DNA from: an uncultured Methanomicrobiales archaeon
Lineage (GTDB): Archaea > Halobacteriota > Methanomicrobia > Methanomicrobiales > Methanospirillaceae
Reading direction: 5' to 3'
Length of the DNA: 64,000 bases
Assembly (NCBI GenBank): GCA_963697895.1
Contig: OY969100.1
Span: forward strand, 1,408,001 to 1,472,000
Shown: positions 20,860-31,641 of the stretch, piece by piece
Layout of the letters: the number at the start of each line of letters is the position of its first letter
Numbering within the stretch: position 1 is the first letter of the stretch
Translations under genes and position numbers: made by a program
Notes under the pieces: model-generated
What the model was told of the DNA's origin: nothing
The model's input: only the letters and a program-made list of their open reading frames with translations
Databases searched by the model: none

Positions 20860-22091
20860 TGCTGCAGAAACCACGGGGAACACGGGATTTTTTACCGGAT
20901 GAAATGGATGCCAGACGGGAGGTCGAGCTACGCCTGCGGGAATGTGCCCGGCGGTGGGGATACCGTGAAGTATCCACACCGGTCTTCGAAGAACTCGATC
21001 TGTTCACCCTTCGTTCCGGGGAAGGGATTATTGAGGAGATGTACGTTTTCGAGGACAAGGGTGGGAGGAAGATGGCGCTTCGGCCTGAAATCACTGCACC
21101 GGTTCTCCGAATGTATGTGAACGAGGCACGGGTATGGCCAAAGCCCCTCCGATGGTGCTATTTTGCAGACTGCTTCCGGTACGAACGCCCTCAGAAAGGT
21201 CGGTACCGGCAGTTCTGGCAATTCGGTGTCGAGCTGATCGGGGCGGATACCCCGCTCGCCGATGCAGAAGTGATCATGCTCGCATCAGAGCTCCTGGATT
21301 CCACCGGGATATCATATACCCTCCAGATCGGGCACCTGGGTTTCATGCGTCAGCTTCTGGCAGGAATCGACGCGGGCGTGAAGTGCAGGATACGCCAGTT
21401 CCTTGACAAGAGGGAGTTCGATGAACTTGCCGCATTTCTCGAGTGTGAAGGCCATAGCAAACTCTGGAATAAGCTCACGGATATAGTGGATTGCCGGACT
21501 CTGGATGAGGCATGGGGAATATGCGGAGATCTTCCCGAACAGGAACGGATCACGCAGACATTCGCGCTCCTCGATGACACGGGGATCCGGTACTCACTCA
21601 ATCCGGGCATCGCACGGGGCCTCGATTACTATACCGGCATTGTGTTCGAGGCCTTTGCAGAGAATCTGGGGGCGGAAAATCAGATCCTTGGAGGAGGAGG
21701 CTACCGGCTCGCACACCTGTTCGGTGGAGACGACGTGCCATCCTGTGGATTTGCCCTCGGGTTCGACCGCGTGATGGTCGCCCGCGGTACATTTTCAGCA
21801 AGAGAGGGGCATATCGTAGGCATCGTGCATACGAAGGAGGGATGTGGACGGGCACTCGAAGTCGCCCGTGCGTTTCGAAGCGCAGGGATCAGGACTGAGA
21901 TCGATCTCACTGACCGTTCCATCGGCGCACAGATCGCTCATACCTCACGAACCGCGGGATTTGCGGTGATCATCGGGCGTCGGGAGACCGAATCGGGGCT
22001 TGTCACGTTAAAAAATCTTAAAAGCGGCATTCAGAGGGAGATCAGCCTGGAAGAGGCGATCGGAGAGGTGATCGCGGATGGCGCTTGCTGA
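20856..22091 (+). CDS. hisS: Histidyl-tRNA synthetase
   Basis: KPRGTRDFLP, LRPEIT, FRYERPQKGRYRQFWQ, RGLDYYTG. Confidence 0.97.
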   Translation: MMLQKPRGTRDFLPDEMDARREVELRLRECARRWGYREVSTPVFEELDLFTLRSGEGIIEEMYVFEDKGGRKMALRPEITAPVLRMYVNEARVWPKPLRWCYFADCFRYERPQKGRYRQFWQFGVELIGADTPLADAEVIMLASELLDSTGISYTLQIGHLGFMRQLLAGIDAGVKCRIRQFLDKREFDELAAFLECEGHSKLWNKLTDIVDCRTLDEAWGICGDLPEQERITQTFALLDDTGIRYSLNPGIARGLDYYTGIVFEAFAENLGAENQILGGGGYRLAHLFGGDDVPSCGFALGFDRVMVARGTFSAREGHIVGIVHTKEGCGRALEVARAFRSAGIRTEIDLTDRSIGAQIAHTSRTAGFAVIIGRRETESGLVTLKNLKSGIQREISLEEAIGEVIADGAC

Positions 22092-23880
22092 CGAACTGGC
22101 CAGACAACAGCGAAGTATCAGTGTAGCGGAATTTTTTGAAAAGAACAAACATCTGCTTGGTTTTGATTCCCCGACCCGGGGTATCATTACGACGATCAAA
22201 GAAGCCGTTGACAATGCACTCGATGCCTGTGAAGAGGCAAGGGTTCTTCCCGATATATATATCGGAATAAAAAAGGTCTCTCCTGAAGTGTTCAGGATTA
22301 TCGTTGAAGACAACGGCCCCGGCATCGTGCCCGCACAGATACCCTTCGTCTTTGGAAAACTGCTCTATGGTTCCCGGTTTCATCAGATTAAACAGAGCCG
22401 TGGCCAGCAGGGAATCGGCATCAGCGCCGCGGTCCTCTATGCACAGCTGACAACAGGTGTGCCCACCATCATCGTATCCCGGACAGGTCCCGAGTCCCCT
22501 GCGCACCGGTTCGAACTCCAGATCCATATCGAATCAAATGAACCGGAGGTTCTGTCTCATGATGAGGTGGAATGGGACCGGCCCCATGGCACCCGGGTTC
22601 AGATCGAGTTCAAGAGTTCTCTCGCCGCGAAGAAGCGCCTTCTCGAGTATCTTAAATATACCTCGGTCGTGAATCCGCACGCCCGTATCAGGGTTGAGAT
22701 CGATGACGAGTCTTTACTTTTTGAGCGGGTGAGCGATGAGGTGATCGTCTGCCCGGAACCGATTCAGCCACATCCCCACGGTATCGAGATCGGAACACTC
22801 AAACGAATGGGTGCATCGAGTGATCTGGTACTCGAGGAATTTCTCATCAGCGGGTTTTCCCGTGTAGGAAAAAAGACCGCGGAGGAGATCTGTTTCCGTT
22901 CAGAAATTTCCGGAAGACGTCCCGTCAAATCACTGACAAATGACGAACAGAAGCGCCTGCTGGAGACGATGCAACAGGTAAAGGTCCCGGCTACTCCGAC
23001 ATCGCAGTGCCTTTCGCCGATCGGGGAGGAATTAATCCGGCAGGGTCTGGAAAAAGAATTCCAGATGGATTTTGTCCGGGCGCGGACACGTCCGAGCGCC
23101 ATATTCTCCGGACACCCGTTTCTGGTCGAAGCCGCCATCGGCTACGGGGGCAGGCTTGACCCGGAGGGGAATGCCCAGATCCTTCGCTTCGCAAATCGTG
23201 TCCCCCTCATGTACCAGCAGGGTGCGTGTGCGATAACAGCAGGTGTCGCATCGGTGAACTGGAAGGGTTATGGGATCTCCCAGTCCGGCCTCCCCACCGG
23301 GCCGGTCCTCCTGCTCGTCCATGTGGCCTCGACCAATGTACCGTTCACCAGCGAGAGCAAAGATGCAATAGCAGATATTGTGGAGATTGAACGTGAAATT
23401 GTCCTCGTTTTACAGGAACTGGGGCGGGAACTCAAGACGTATCTTTCCCGGAGGGATAAGAGCAAACAGCAGGAAGACCGGGCGAGGGCAGTCTGTATGA
23501 TAATTCCGGAGATCGCGGGAAAGGTGAGCGAGATAGTGGAACTACCCACACCCGATATCTCGGCGATAGAGGGAAGGATCATGAAACGGCTGGTCACAAA
23601 ACGGTGGAAGGCTGATGGGAAGGTCTGCATCGAGCTCTCCAATTATTCTGGGTATTCGGGTGTCATCTCACTCTATGACATCTCGCGGGACGATGCAGCC
23701 GGAGCAGTGCCGTCTCCTGATGCCGTCAGCCGAATCGATGATGAATACACCAAATTGTGGCAGATCAGGGTTGATCCGGGTTCTATCTACCGGATTTCGT
23801 ATGCAGGTGAAGGAGGAGGCACACTCCTGGTACGCGGTATTGAACCGGGCAAGGTTGTGGTGGTGGACCTCGATGCCTGA
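22078..23880 (+). CDS. top6B: DNA topoisomerase VI subunit B
   Basis: [39 protein letters not shown]. Confidence 0.97.
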   Translation: MALADELARQQRSISVAEFFEKNKHLLGFDSPTRGIITTIKEAVDNALDACEEARVLPDIYIGIKKVSPEVFRIIVEDNGPGIVPAQIPFVFGKLLYGSRFHQIKQSRGQQGIGISAAVLYAQLTTGVPTIIVSRTGPESPAHRFELQIHIESNEPEVLSHDEVEWDRPHGTRVQIEFKSSLAAKKRLLEYLKYTSVVNPHARIRVEIDDESLLFERVSDEVIVCPEPIQPHPHGIEIGTLKRMGASSDLVLEEFLISGFSRVGKKTAEEICFRSEISGRRPVKSLTNDEQKRLLETMQQVKVPATPTSQCLSPIGEELIRQGLEKEFQMDFVRARTRPSAIFSGHPFLVEAAIGYGGRLDPEGNAQILRFANRVPLMYQQGACAITAGVASVNWKGYGISQSGLPTGPVLLLVHVASTNVPFTSESKDAIADIVEIEREIVLVLQELGRELKTYLSRRDKSKQQEDRARAVCMIIPEIAGKVSEIVELPTPDISAIEGRIMKRLVTKRWKADGKVCIELSNYSGYSGVISLYDISRDDAAGAVPSPDAVSRIDDEYTKLWQIRVDPGSIYRISYAGEGGGTLLVRGIEPGKVVVVDLDA

Positions 23881-24967
23881 AAGGCCGCTGGATTCCCACG
23901 CACTGAAGAAGCTGCTCGCAATAGCGCATGCCTGGTATAATCAGATGTGGGAAGGGGCACTCCCTTCGATCTCACTCCCGACGCGGACGAAACAGAACAT
24001 CGCATACGATGAAGAGACCGAGGTATGGAAATACGGAGACCGTGAAAGTGTGAGGTCGGCCGGTTCGGAGAAGAGTGCTCTGCACCTCCTGAAGATGGCT
24101 TACGTGATCGGGTTTTTGAAGATGCAGATACAGGAGCACCGTTCATCCACCCTGAGAGAACTCTATTATATATCCGAAGGATGGAAAAGGGCAAAATTTT
24201 CGATGCAGGACGAGAGCAACTTCCTCATCGAGGATCTCGAGATCCTGACTGACATGCAACGGGAAGCATTCCATCTAAGACCCGAAGAGGATGGGGCGAC
24301 GATATTCGGGCCGCTGCGCCTGAAGGAGAATACCCGGCGGGGGGAGCGGGAGATCCATTGCCAGGATGATGTCGGGGAGGCCGGATATCAGATTCCGAAT
24401 AATGTTGAGAATGTTGAACTCGTCGATCATAACGCACGGTTTGTCATCGCCATCGAAACAGGGGGTATGTACGCACGGCTGATTGAGAATGGCTTTGATG
24501 ACGAGTATCAGGCGGTGCTTGTTCACCTGAAAGGGCAGCCGGCCCGATCCACCCGAAGGATGATGAACCGTCTCTCGGGCCAGTTCAACCTTCCGGTGGT
24601 CGTCTTCACCGATGGAGATCCATGGTCTTATCGAATCTTTGCGAGCGTTGCCTATGGTGCAATTAAAAGTGCCCACATCTCGGATATCCTTGCCACGCCC
24701 CGGGCGCAGTTTGTAGGGGTCCAGCCATCCGATATCCGGGATTACAACCTTCCATCGGACCACCTGACCGACAGGGATATCGCAGCGCTCAATAGTGAGC
24801 TTTCAGACCCCCGTTTCTCGACGGATTACTGGAGAGAACAGATCCGCCTGCAGCTCCAGCTGAACCTGAAATCTGAGCAGCAGGCATTCGCTGCAAAAGG
24901 GCTCGATTTTGTTACGAGCGAGTACTTGCCGGCCCGTCTGGCCGATATGGGAGTTCTGAAAAGATGA
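23873..24967 (+). CDS. top6A: DNA topoisomerase VI subunit A
   Basis: [35 protein letters not shown]. Confidence 0.96.
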   Translation: MPERPLDSHALKKLLAIAHAWYNQMWEGALPSISLPTRTKQNIAYDEETEVWKYGDRESVRSAGSEKSALHLLKMAYVIGFLKMQIQEHRSSTLRELYYISEGWKRAKFSMQDESNFLIEDLEILTDMQREAFHLRPEEDGATIFGPLRLKENTRRGEREIHCQDDVGEAGYQIPNNVENVELVDHNARFVIAIETGGMYARLIENGFDDEYQAVLVHLKGQPARSTRRMMNRLSGQFNLPVVVFTDGDPWSYRIFASVAYGAIKSAHISDILATPRAQFVGVQPSDIRDYNLPSDHLTDRDIAALNSELSDPRFSTDYWREQIRLQLQLNLKSEQQAFAAKGLDFVTSEYLPARLADMGVLKR

Positions 24968-25035
24968 GGGAAAAAATAGGGTGCAGGATACAATTCCCTG
25001 GTTTTCCCTCCTGAAAAGCCGATCGTATCGCCCTT

Positions 25036-26073
25036 TCATACAAAGAACCTGAATGCAATCCAGGCGATGATCAGCATGATCGCTGAGTATTTTAATCCCG
25101 CAACCACCCTCCCCTCACCCATCTGCCCTGCGACCAGACCGGAAAATACAGCTTGGATCATCGCCGCATGAGCAAACAGCCGCGTATAGAACGCGACATC
25201 AATCCCCCCCAGGAATTGACTGCCGGCACCGGCCGAGGTTGCTGCGCTGCCTGCTGTTGCCATCGTCGTAAGGAACGTTGTAACCAGGATAAAGATGACG
25301 AAGAGGAATACGAGGAACGAGATGAGCACAATGACGATGTAGATCAGCATATTGTTCCGCCTGTCGGTTCTGAGCTGGACGAATTCGTACGTGTCGTTTG
25401 CCGCGGCCCGGAGGACTTCGCTGACATCTCCACCGGCCTTGCTTGCTTTTGCGATCAGATCGATGCTCCGGTCTGTCAGGGGGGTGGCAAGCCGCTTCCG
25501 GAATCTCTGCATCGCCTCGATAAACGGCACATTCCATGACATTTCACTGTCCAGCCGGCGGATATACGGGGTCAGTGTGCTGTACTCCGCCGATGCGACG
25601 AGATGAATCGCATTTGGCAGGGTCATTCCGCTGTCATTCATTCCTGCCAGATCCCGGAAGAAGTTGGGGAGGGCTTCCTCCAGTTTCCGCACGCGCTGGG
25701 ATTCCCTGAAATCAAGGACCGCGAGTGGAATGAATACAATGAGCAGGCTCAAAACCGCAAGATCATCGATGATAGTCGAGTTGAAAATGACCTCGAATCC
25801 ATTGTTGTTGATCGCAATTGCAGAACCAGCCCCGAATATTACCAGGGCAAGCGGTACACATACGATCAGGATATTGATCGGTTTTTCCGTGATCACCCTC
25901 AGGGGATGTCTGATAAAGCGGTATATTCCTTCCCGGTGTTTATGATCCGCCTCCAGTTTTTTGCTAATTTCGATCTGGTCCTTATCGAACAGACCCATCT
26001 CCGGGGGAGAAAGGTCAGGGGCAGCGATCGGATCCCGACCCCAAGGGGAATGAAACAAATCCTTTATTGTCAT
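25036..26073 (-). CDS. Type II secretion system F / TadC-PilC-like membrane platform protein
   Basis: ALPNFFRDLA..NDSGM, KAGGDVSEVL, GQMGEG; multiple TM helices. Confidence 0.9.
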   Translation of the reverse strand: MTIKDLFHSPWGRDPIAAPDLSPPEMGLFDKDQIEISKKLEADHKHREGIYRFIRHPLRVITEKPINILIVCVPLALVIFGAGSAIAINNNGFEVIFNSTIIDDLAVLSLLIVFIPLAVLDFRESQRVRKLEEALPNFFRDLAGMNDSGMTLPNAIHLVASAEYSTLTPYIRRLDSEMSWNVPFIEAMQRFRKRLATPLTDRSIDLIAKASKAGGDVSEVLRAAANDTYEFVQLRTDRRNNMLIYIVIVLISFLVFLFVIFILVTTFLTTMATAGSAATSAGAGSQFLGGIDVAFYTRLFAHAAMIQAVFSGLVAGQMGEGRVVAGLKYSAIMLIIAWIAFRFFV

Positions 26074-26074
26074 T

Positions 26075-26998
26075 TTATCCCTCCGGCGTCATGGAACTGA
26101 TCAGGATCACGAACATGATGCTCCCGAAGGGAATCAACAGGTATATAATTGCGTAGAGGAACAAAGGCTGCGTCTGGTGACTGAGGATGGACATGATCGA
26201 CTGGAGGATGATAAGGAAGAGAGGGCCGGCTACCATGGCGGTGACGTATGATTCAGAGATCAAGCCGAGCGTCTCGAGGAATAACCTTTGGGTCTGGCGA
26301 TTTTCGAGTGCATATTGATCCGCCTTGGTGCGGAAATAATCCGTAAGGTTGCTTCCGCTTGATACGCACCCCATTGCCCCCTGAAGAAATTCCTTCATGC
26401 GGAGGCTCGGCGTTGTCGAGGAGATGATCCGGAGGGAATCTATCAGATCCCTGCCGAACAGGTCGATTTCCAGCGCTATATACCGGGCTTCCACCGAGCA
26501 TTCCCCATACATCGGGCTCTCCCCCAGCTGGCGGAAGATCTCAGCCGGCGGTATCCCGGCGGAGGACATCGCGGTGACGTAGTTGATGGCATAGGGTAAC
26601 GTAGCATCGATATTCCTCTTCCGGTTCCCCGCGACAAATGCAGGATAAAGGTTGAAAATGACAAAGGTGATCCCCCCGACGACGACAAAGGATACGATCA
26701 CAGCGAGGATTGTCCCGATTATGAGGCTGTAATCTGCCAGCCCATGGACAAATTCGGGGACTGAACCCCGGTACACGATAAGAGACGGAAGATTGAGCAT
26801 ATAGGTGATCAGCCCGAGGAGGACAGATGCGATCAGGCCGGTAATGAATGAGGCCATGTATGCGGTGGCTATATACACTTCGGAAGATACCTTGAACCGG
26901 GCTGCCATCAGTGAATTGCGGAGCTCACTGTATTTATTCCGTTTTTTCAGGGTCCATCGTCCGAGGAGCTGCCAGGAGATACGTTCAAAGCTGTTCAT
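26075..26998 (-). CDS. Type II secretion system F / TadC-PilC-like membrane platform protein
   Basis: IDATLPYAINY..AMSSAG, STTPS..KEFL, ESYVT; TM helices. Confidence 0.9.
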   Translation of the reverse strand: MNSFERISWQLLGRWTLKKRNKYSELRNSLMAARFKVSSEVYIATAYMASFITGLIASVLLGLITYMLNLPSLIVYRGSVPEFVHGLADYSLIIGTILAVIVSFVVVGGITFVIFNLYPAFVAGNRKRNIDATLPYAINYVTAMSSAGIPPAEIFRQLGESPMYGECSVEARYIALEIDLFGRDLIDSLRIISSTTPSLRMKEFLQGAMGCVSSGSNLTDYFRTKADQYALENRQTQRLFLETLGLISESYVTAMVAGPLFLIILQSIMSILSHQTQPLFLYAIIYLLIPFGSIMFVILISSMTPEG

Positions 26999-29252
26999 AC
27001 AATTCAGCCCGCACTTTTTCCATAACAACCGCGGGATCACGGTAATAGGATATCAACATCTGGCTGACATCCCGGTAATACCGGATCTTCTTGATTCGCA
27101 TCCACTCCAGCACTTCCTGACGCATCTTCAGTTCCTCCCGCATCCTGGTCTCATCCCAGCCTCGTTCTTCCATAATCTCTTCAAGGATGAATGACTTCCC
27201 GGAGTACGTAATTTCGTCCGTGACCGGGTGCCATCGGAAGACTTCATTGGTGATCAGCTCGTTCGTTCGCGGATCGATATCCAGGATCTCGATGATCTGC
27301 TTATTTCTCCGGATCCTTTGTCCCCCGATTCGTGCCTGTACCTGAACCGACACCAGATCGAGGGCGGAGAGCATATTTCGCGGAACATTCAACGGCGGGT
27401 TTTCCAGCCGGTGCACAATGCTCGCAACCGAATCTGCATGCATGGTCGAATAGGTGATATGCCCCGTGCTCATCGCCTGGAAGAGCGTCAACGCTTCGCG
27501 TCCACGCACTTCCCCGACGATCAGGTATTCCGGCCGCTGACGGAGAGCCGCTTTCAGCAGCTCATACATATCGATCTCCCCTTTTCCTGCGGTATCAAAT
27601 GATGCCCGGGTCACGCTGGGAATCCAGTTCGGGTGTGGCAGTTTCAGCTCACGGGTATCCTCGAGGGTGACGATCTTGGCGAGAGGAGGAATAAAGAGAG
27701 ATATTGCATTCAGTGAAGTGGTCTTACCCGAAGCCGTCCCTCCCGCGAAGATGCATGATTTTCCACTCTCGACCGCAAGCCAGAGAAAAGCAACAGACAG
27801 GGGAGAGAATGTTCCCCATTCGATCAGATCGGTTGGTGAGATCGGTTCATCACGAAACTTACGGATAGTATAGGTGGAACCATGTGCGGTCACTTCCTGC
27901 CCGAGCGTCATCTGGATACGGGATCCATCACTCATGGTGGCATCGAGCATCGGCTCAGAGATAGAGATATATTTTCCCGACCTCTGCGCAAGCTTGGTTA
28001 CAAATGAGTCCAGTTCTTCAGCCCGGATATACATAAGGTTCGTTCGCATCGATTCATATCGTGCATGATAGACAAAAATATGGGAATTCACCCCGTCGCA
28101 GGATATGTCCTCGATATATTTGTCATGCATGATCGGGTCAATCATGCCATTCCCGAGGAATTCCTTCCTCATATTGTAGAGAATCTTTTCCCGCTGCATC
28201 GGAGTGAGATGAATGCTGTAGTCGGCGACGATATCATCGGTGACCGTGTTTAAGGTTTTTTGTGCGACTTCTCTGACGATGTCCCGGGTATCGACATCGA
28301 GACGTTCAAAAATACGTTCTTTCAACTCGTTGAACAGATCGGTTTCCGCGGGTGAGAGAAGCGGTTCGAGCACCTCGTAGGTGTATTCATGCGTGCTGTG
28401 ATCGTAGATGATACGGATGTAGGCATACGGTTCGTTCACCGGATAGAGTTCGATCTCTTCAATACCAGGTCTTTTCGGAAATTTCAGGTCAACGAGCGGG
28501 CCATGGATATTCTTATCGTATTCGGTGGCTTGGGGTCTGATCGCCTGGAAGATGTTGAATTTTCCGAACCTTCCGGTGGGTTTCGCTTCTCCTGAAACCG
28601 GTTCCGCGGTCCCGATCTCCTTGACCGATCCCATAGTGAGATCTCCCGACCAGAGAGCATTGACCTCAGGCGAGGGGCTGGGGCCAAAGGCATCTGTCCG
28701 GGCATGAATTTTGACTTCATCAAGCTCGATGCTTGCGCCGGCAGGAAGGATCAACCCCGAGAGGTCATCAAGTTCTCCTGTTGTTCCTTTCAGACCGGAT
28801 GTTCCCTGCGAACCTTCCGACCACTGGGTTTTTCGTGCCGTGTACTGGATCTGAGTCGCCGGTGCGCCCGTATTCCGGGGATTGAGTTCACGCGGGAGAT
28901 CTTTTGGGTGTGGGCCTGGGGGTGGGCTTGGGGGTGGACTTTCAGAAACCGGCCTCTGCCCGGGAACAGACTGCGGGGTTTGTTCTTCTGCCGGTTTCCG
29001 GGATGAATCAGTGGATAACTTCTGATCCGGATTATCCTGAGATCCCGCCTGTTCAGATGCACCCACGCCGGGGGAAGTCCCCTGAATGCGTTTCATCAGG
29101 TCTCCCAGATCATGTATTGCAGGCAGATCTGTTCCCTCCGTGAGCTTCTTGTTTTCTGCCGCGTTTGTTAGCTGTATTTCCTGGCTCGGTCTCTTCAGCT
29201 TCTGCCTGAGCCGGGAAAAAGAACTGGATTCTTTTTTCTTATCATTACTCAT
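26985..29252 (-). CDS. Type IV pilus assembly ATPase (PilB/FlaI/TadA family) with long low-complexity N-terminus
   Basis: IEDISCDG, TIRKF, Walker A GGTASGKTT, LEDTREL, LRQRPEYLIVGEVRG, STMHA. Confidence 0.94.
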   Translation of the reverse strand: MSNDKKKESSSFSRLRQKLKRPSQEIQLTNAAENKKLTEGTDLPAIHDLGDLMKRIQGTSPGVGASEQAGSQDNPDQKLSTDSSRKPAEEQTPQSVPGQRPVSESPPPSPPPGPHPKDLPRELNPRNTGAPATQIQYTARKTQWSEGSQGTSGLKGTTGELDDLSGLILPAGASIELDEVKIHARTDAFGPSPSPEVNALWSGDLTMGSVKEIGTAEPVSGEAKPTGRFGKFNIFQAIRPQATEYDKNIHGPLVDLKFPKRPGIEEIELYPVNEPYAYIRIIYDHSTHEYTYEVLEPLLSPAETDLFNELKERIFERLDVDTRDIVREVAQKTLNTVTDDIVADYSIHLTPMQREKILYNMRKEFLGNGMIDPIMHDKYIEDISCDGVNSHIFVYHARYESMRTNLMYIRAEELDSFVTKLAQRSGKYISISEPMLDATMSDGSRIQMTLGQEVTAHGSTYTIRKFRDEPISPTDLIEWGTFSPLSVAFLWLAVESGKSCIFAGGTASGKTTSLNAISLFIPPLAKIVTLEDTRELKLPHPNWIPSVTRASFDTAGKGEIDMYELLKAALRQRPEYLIVGEVRGREALTLFQAMSTGHITYSTMHADSVASIVHRLENPPLNVPRNMLSALDLVSVQVQARIGGQRIRRNKQIIEILDIDPRTNELITNEVFRWHPVTDEITYSGKSFILEEIMEERGWDETRMREELKMRQEVLEWMRIKKIRYYRDVSQMLISYYRDPAVVMEKVRAELYEQL

Positions 29253-29296
29253 CTCCCTCACCCTCCTTCTGTAAATACCTCTGCGCGTTCAGGATC

Positions 29297-29998
29297 TCAG
29301 ACATTCATCATTCCCTCTTTTGAGAGTCCCTGTAACGCGAGTCTTATAAGCCCAAGATTTGCATCCGGGAGCGCATACAGGCACAGGTAGAGATCTCCGT
29401 AGGGGGCAATGATGAACTTCCCCGTATCTGTCTCGAGGAGCAGCTGTTCAAGCTGCCCGATATCCATATTCTCAATCATCTTCATGCTGGCTCTGAGCAG
29501 ATCCTCCGCCATTGCCGCAACTTTTTCGAAATCGGCATTTCCAAAAGACTGAACTGAAAATCCTTCAAAAAACGCAGAGACGGCAATCACTCCCGGCTGT
29601 TTGAGTATGTTTTTGAGCTTCCCCTCATTGAGTATGCTGGATATGGTGGTAATATTCACCCGGTCCTCTTCGGATAAGAGCATTCCACCCTCGAAAGCAA
29701 TATTCAGCGCTTCCCGAAATTCTTCGGGATCATATCGGAAAAGTCTCAATTCCGGACCAGTCTCAAGGACACCCGAAGTGATCCGGTTCATGTAATCGAT
29801 GGCTGTCCTGCCACGGAGAATTCCGTCTCTCCTTTCGAAATATGCAGCGATCATTCGTCCGTTATTCGAGACGATCCCGCCGGTGCCTTCTGGTTCGTCC
29901 ATTTGAATCATACCCGTAAATGTCAGGATAAACCTGATAGATTCATCATGAAGCGGGTCTTTCAGTATTCCAATATCAGTCCCCTGCGGCCATATCAT
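29297..29998 (-). CDS. DUF2226-like N-terminal domain fused to Roadblock/LC7 domain
   Basis: C-terminal PGVIAVSAFFEGF..VAAM..QLLLET..ANLGLIR; N-terminal P-x-G..FTG..GRMIAA..G..A pattern. Confidence 0.7.
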   Translation of the reverse strand: MIWPQGTDIGILKDPLHDESIRFILTFTGMIQMDEPEGTGGIVSNNGRMIAAYFERRDGILRGRTAIDYMNRITSGVLETGPELRLFRYDPEEFREALNIAFEGGMLLSEEDRVNITTISSILNEGKLKNILKQPGVIAVSAFFEGFSVQSFGNADFEKVAAMAEDLLRASMKMIENMDIGQLEQLLLETDTGKFIIAPYGDLYLCLYALPDANLGLIRLALQGLSKEGMMNV

Positions 29999-30000
29999 GA

Positions 30001-30348
30001 TTATAATGCTGCAATAAGGCGTTCTTTGTTCTTTTTCAGGTCGTACCTGATTCTGCCGACATTAGCAACACTATCTGCAACAATCGCAATAATTTCATCA
30101 GGGGACAGCGGGGCCATAATAATAGGCCCTTTTTCCAACTCTACCAGAAGCTGGGAAATCTCACCTTTGCCGAGTTCTTTTCCCATCGCTTCGGAGGTCC
30201 CCATTCCGGTTGATGCCATCGCCCCGAGTGCATCGGTGTCCATTTTGCCAGAGACCGCACTTTCTATGACAAAGCCGTCTCTCCCGACAACTACCGCGGC
30301 TGACACCCCCTCAATCTTTAAAAATTCTTCCAGTACCTGTTTCAACAT
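30001..30348 (-). CDS. Roadblock/LC7 (MglB-like) protein
   Basis: EGVSAAVVVGRDGFVIES, LGAM, QLLVELEKG, ANVGRIR. Confidence 0.92.
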   Translation of the reverse strand: MLKQVLEEFLKIEGVSAAVVVGRDGFVIESAVSGKMDTDALGAMASTGMGTSEAMGKELGKGEISQLLVELEKGPIIMAPLSPDEIIAIVADSVANVGRIRYDLKKNKERLIAAL

Positions 30349-30537
30349 CCAATGCCACCTTCATATAAATCCTTTTCTCTGATATATGATCATAAAAATG
30401 TTTCCTTTCATCGGAAGATAGTTTTGAACCCACAATATAAACTCCGATTTGGAGGGTTTAATTGGCCATATATGACCTATAATCGCGGTAAACATAATAC
30501 CAATAGAAATATAGGATACCGGGACCTCAAACTATTT

Positions 30538-31629
30538 ATGCAGATCCCCCGGGGAACATTTGCGTCGATCAAAAAGGGGATTCACATTCACGCCCTTCTT
30601 ATCGAGCTGGAGCATTCCCATTTCACCGGTGCTTGCGTTATATCCCATGGGCGTTCAACCATTTCACTTATCCTGAAGAACGGGAACTGCATCATGGCAG
30701 ATTGGGGCGATCTGAACGGTGAAGATTCCTGGGGTGCAATTCAGGCACTAGGTAACATCGAGGTTGACGCAGCTCTCTCGCGGCTCAGCCCGGCACAGAT
30801 CGCGCTCACTCAGGAATTTAACAAATCCGCCATTATTGCCCGAATGCGGAGATCATCAAGGAATGAGGGAAAAGGGGACAGGAACCATAGCATTCAGACG
30901 AGGAAGATCTCCGGTTCAAACGATATAGATGAACAACTCGGGAGCCTGGATGGTTCCGAAGAACCGAAAAGGAGCAACAGTTCGCGGGTGGACTCACCCG
31001 CGAGAGGGGAGCGAATCGCCTTACGCTCTTCTCAACACCCCGTTATTCCACTGCCTATGCCCCCGTCAGAAAAATTAAGGGAACCCGTTGAACAGGAGGA
31101 GAAGAAGACAATCGGCGCGGGAATCAAAGAACCATCTGGAAGGCTAAAATCTGAATCCGCGCTCACTTCAGCAGAAATTTCCCTCCTCCAGCTTTCAGGG
31201 GTACCTAAACCTCCCCAGAAAATCACCCCGGAGAAAGAGGTGCCGGACCCATGTGCCAGCGAACTGGATGGACAGGGAGACAATGTCCCTCAATCTCCGT
31301 ATGAGGAGGTTGTGCCGGAACGGTCCGAGTCACATCCGAAAAAATCGGAAGATCCGGGAACCGATGCCCCGGCATGGGGAACACCCGTTCCGGCCGATCA
31401 GCATTCTCCTGAAACGGATGACATATCTATGCCCGTACAAATTGGGAGTGTAGGGGATTCAACGCCCGGTACGAACGCCTCCCCCGAGGAAAGATCCATG
31501 GAGGAACTCTCTGCCCTGGACTCGGTGGACCTTTCAGGCATGACTGAAAAGATCCGTGACAACTGCCGCATTATCGTCCGCGGGCTTCAGCTTGAACATC
31601 TCCTCGACAGGAAAAAATCCGATAAATAG
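30538..31629 (+). CDS. DUF2226-like domain protein with long disordered linker and helical C-terminus
   Basis: MQIPRG...FTG.C...GNCIMA...G...LSPAQIALTQEFN; P/E/S-rich middle. Confidence 0.7.
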   Translation: MQIPRGTFASIKKGIHIHALLIELEHSHFTGACVISHGRSTISLILKNGNCIMADWGDLNGEDSWGAIQALGNIEVDAALSRLSPAQIALTQEFNKSAIIARMRRSSRNEGKGDRNHSIQTRKISGSNDIDEQLGSLDGSEEPKRSNSSRVDSPARGERIALRSSQHPVIPLPMPPSEKLREPVEQEEKKTIGAGIKEPSGRLKSESALTSAEISLLQLSGVPKPPQKITPEKEVPDPCASELDGQGDNVPQSPYEEVVPERSESHPKKSEDPGTDAPAWGTPVPADQHSPETDDISMPVQIGSVGDSTPGTNASPEERSMEELSALDSVDLSGMTEKIRDNCRIIVRGLQLEHLLDRKKSDK

Positions 31630-31641
31630 GGGGGGAGCGGG

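Noticed and set aside
28905-28940. GGGTGGG-type short repeats as a G-quadruplex or repeat element
   Set aside because: Explained by poly-proline codons in the ATPase N-terminal extension.
25036-29252. Archaellum (fla/arl) operon
   Set aside because: No archaellins or FlaF/G/H, and two separate TadC-like genes, which fits a pilus-type system; no pilin gene is recognisable in the window either.
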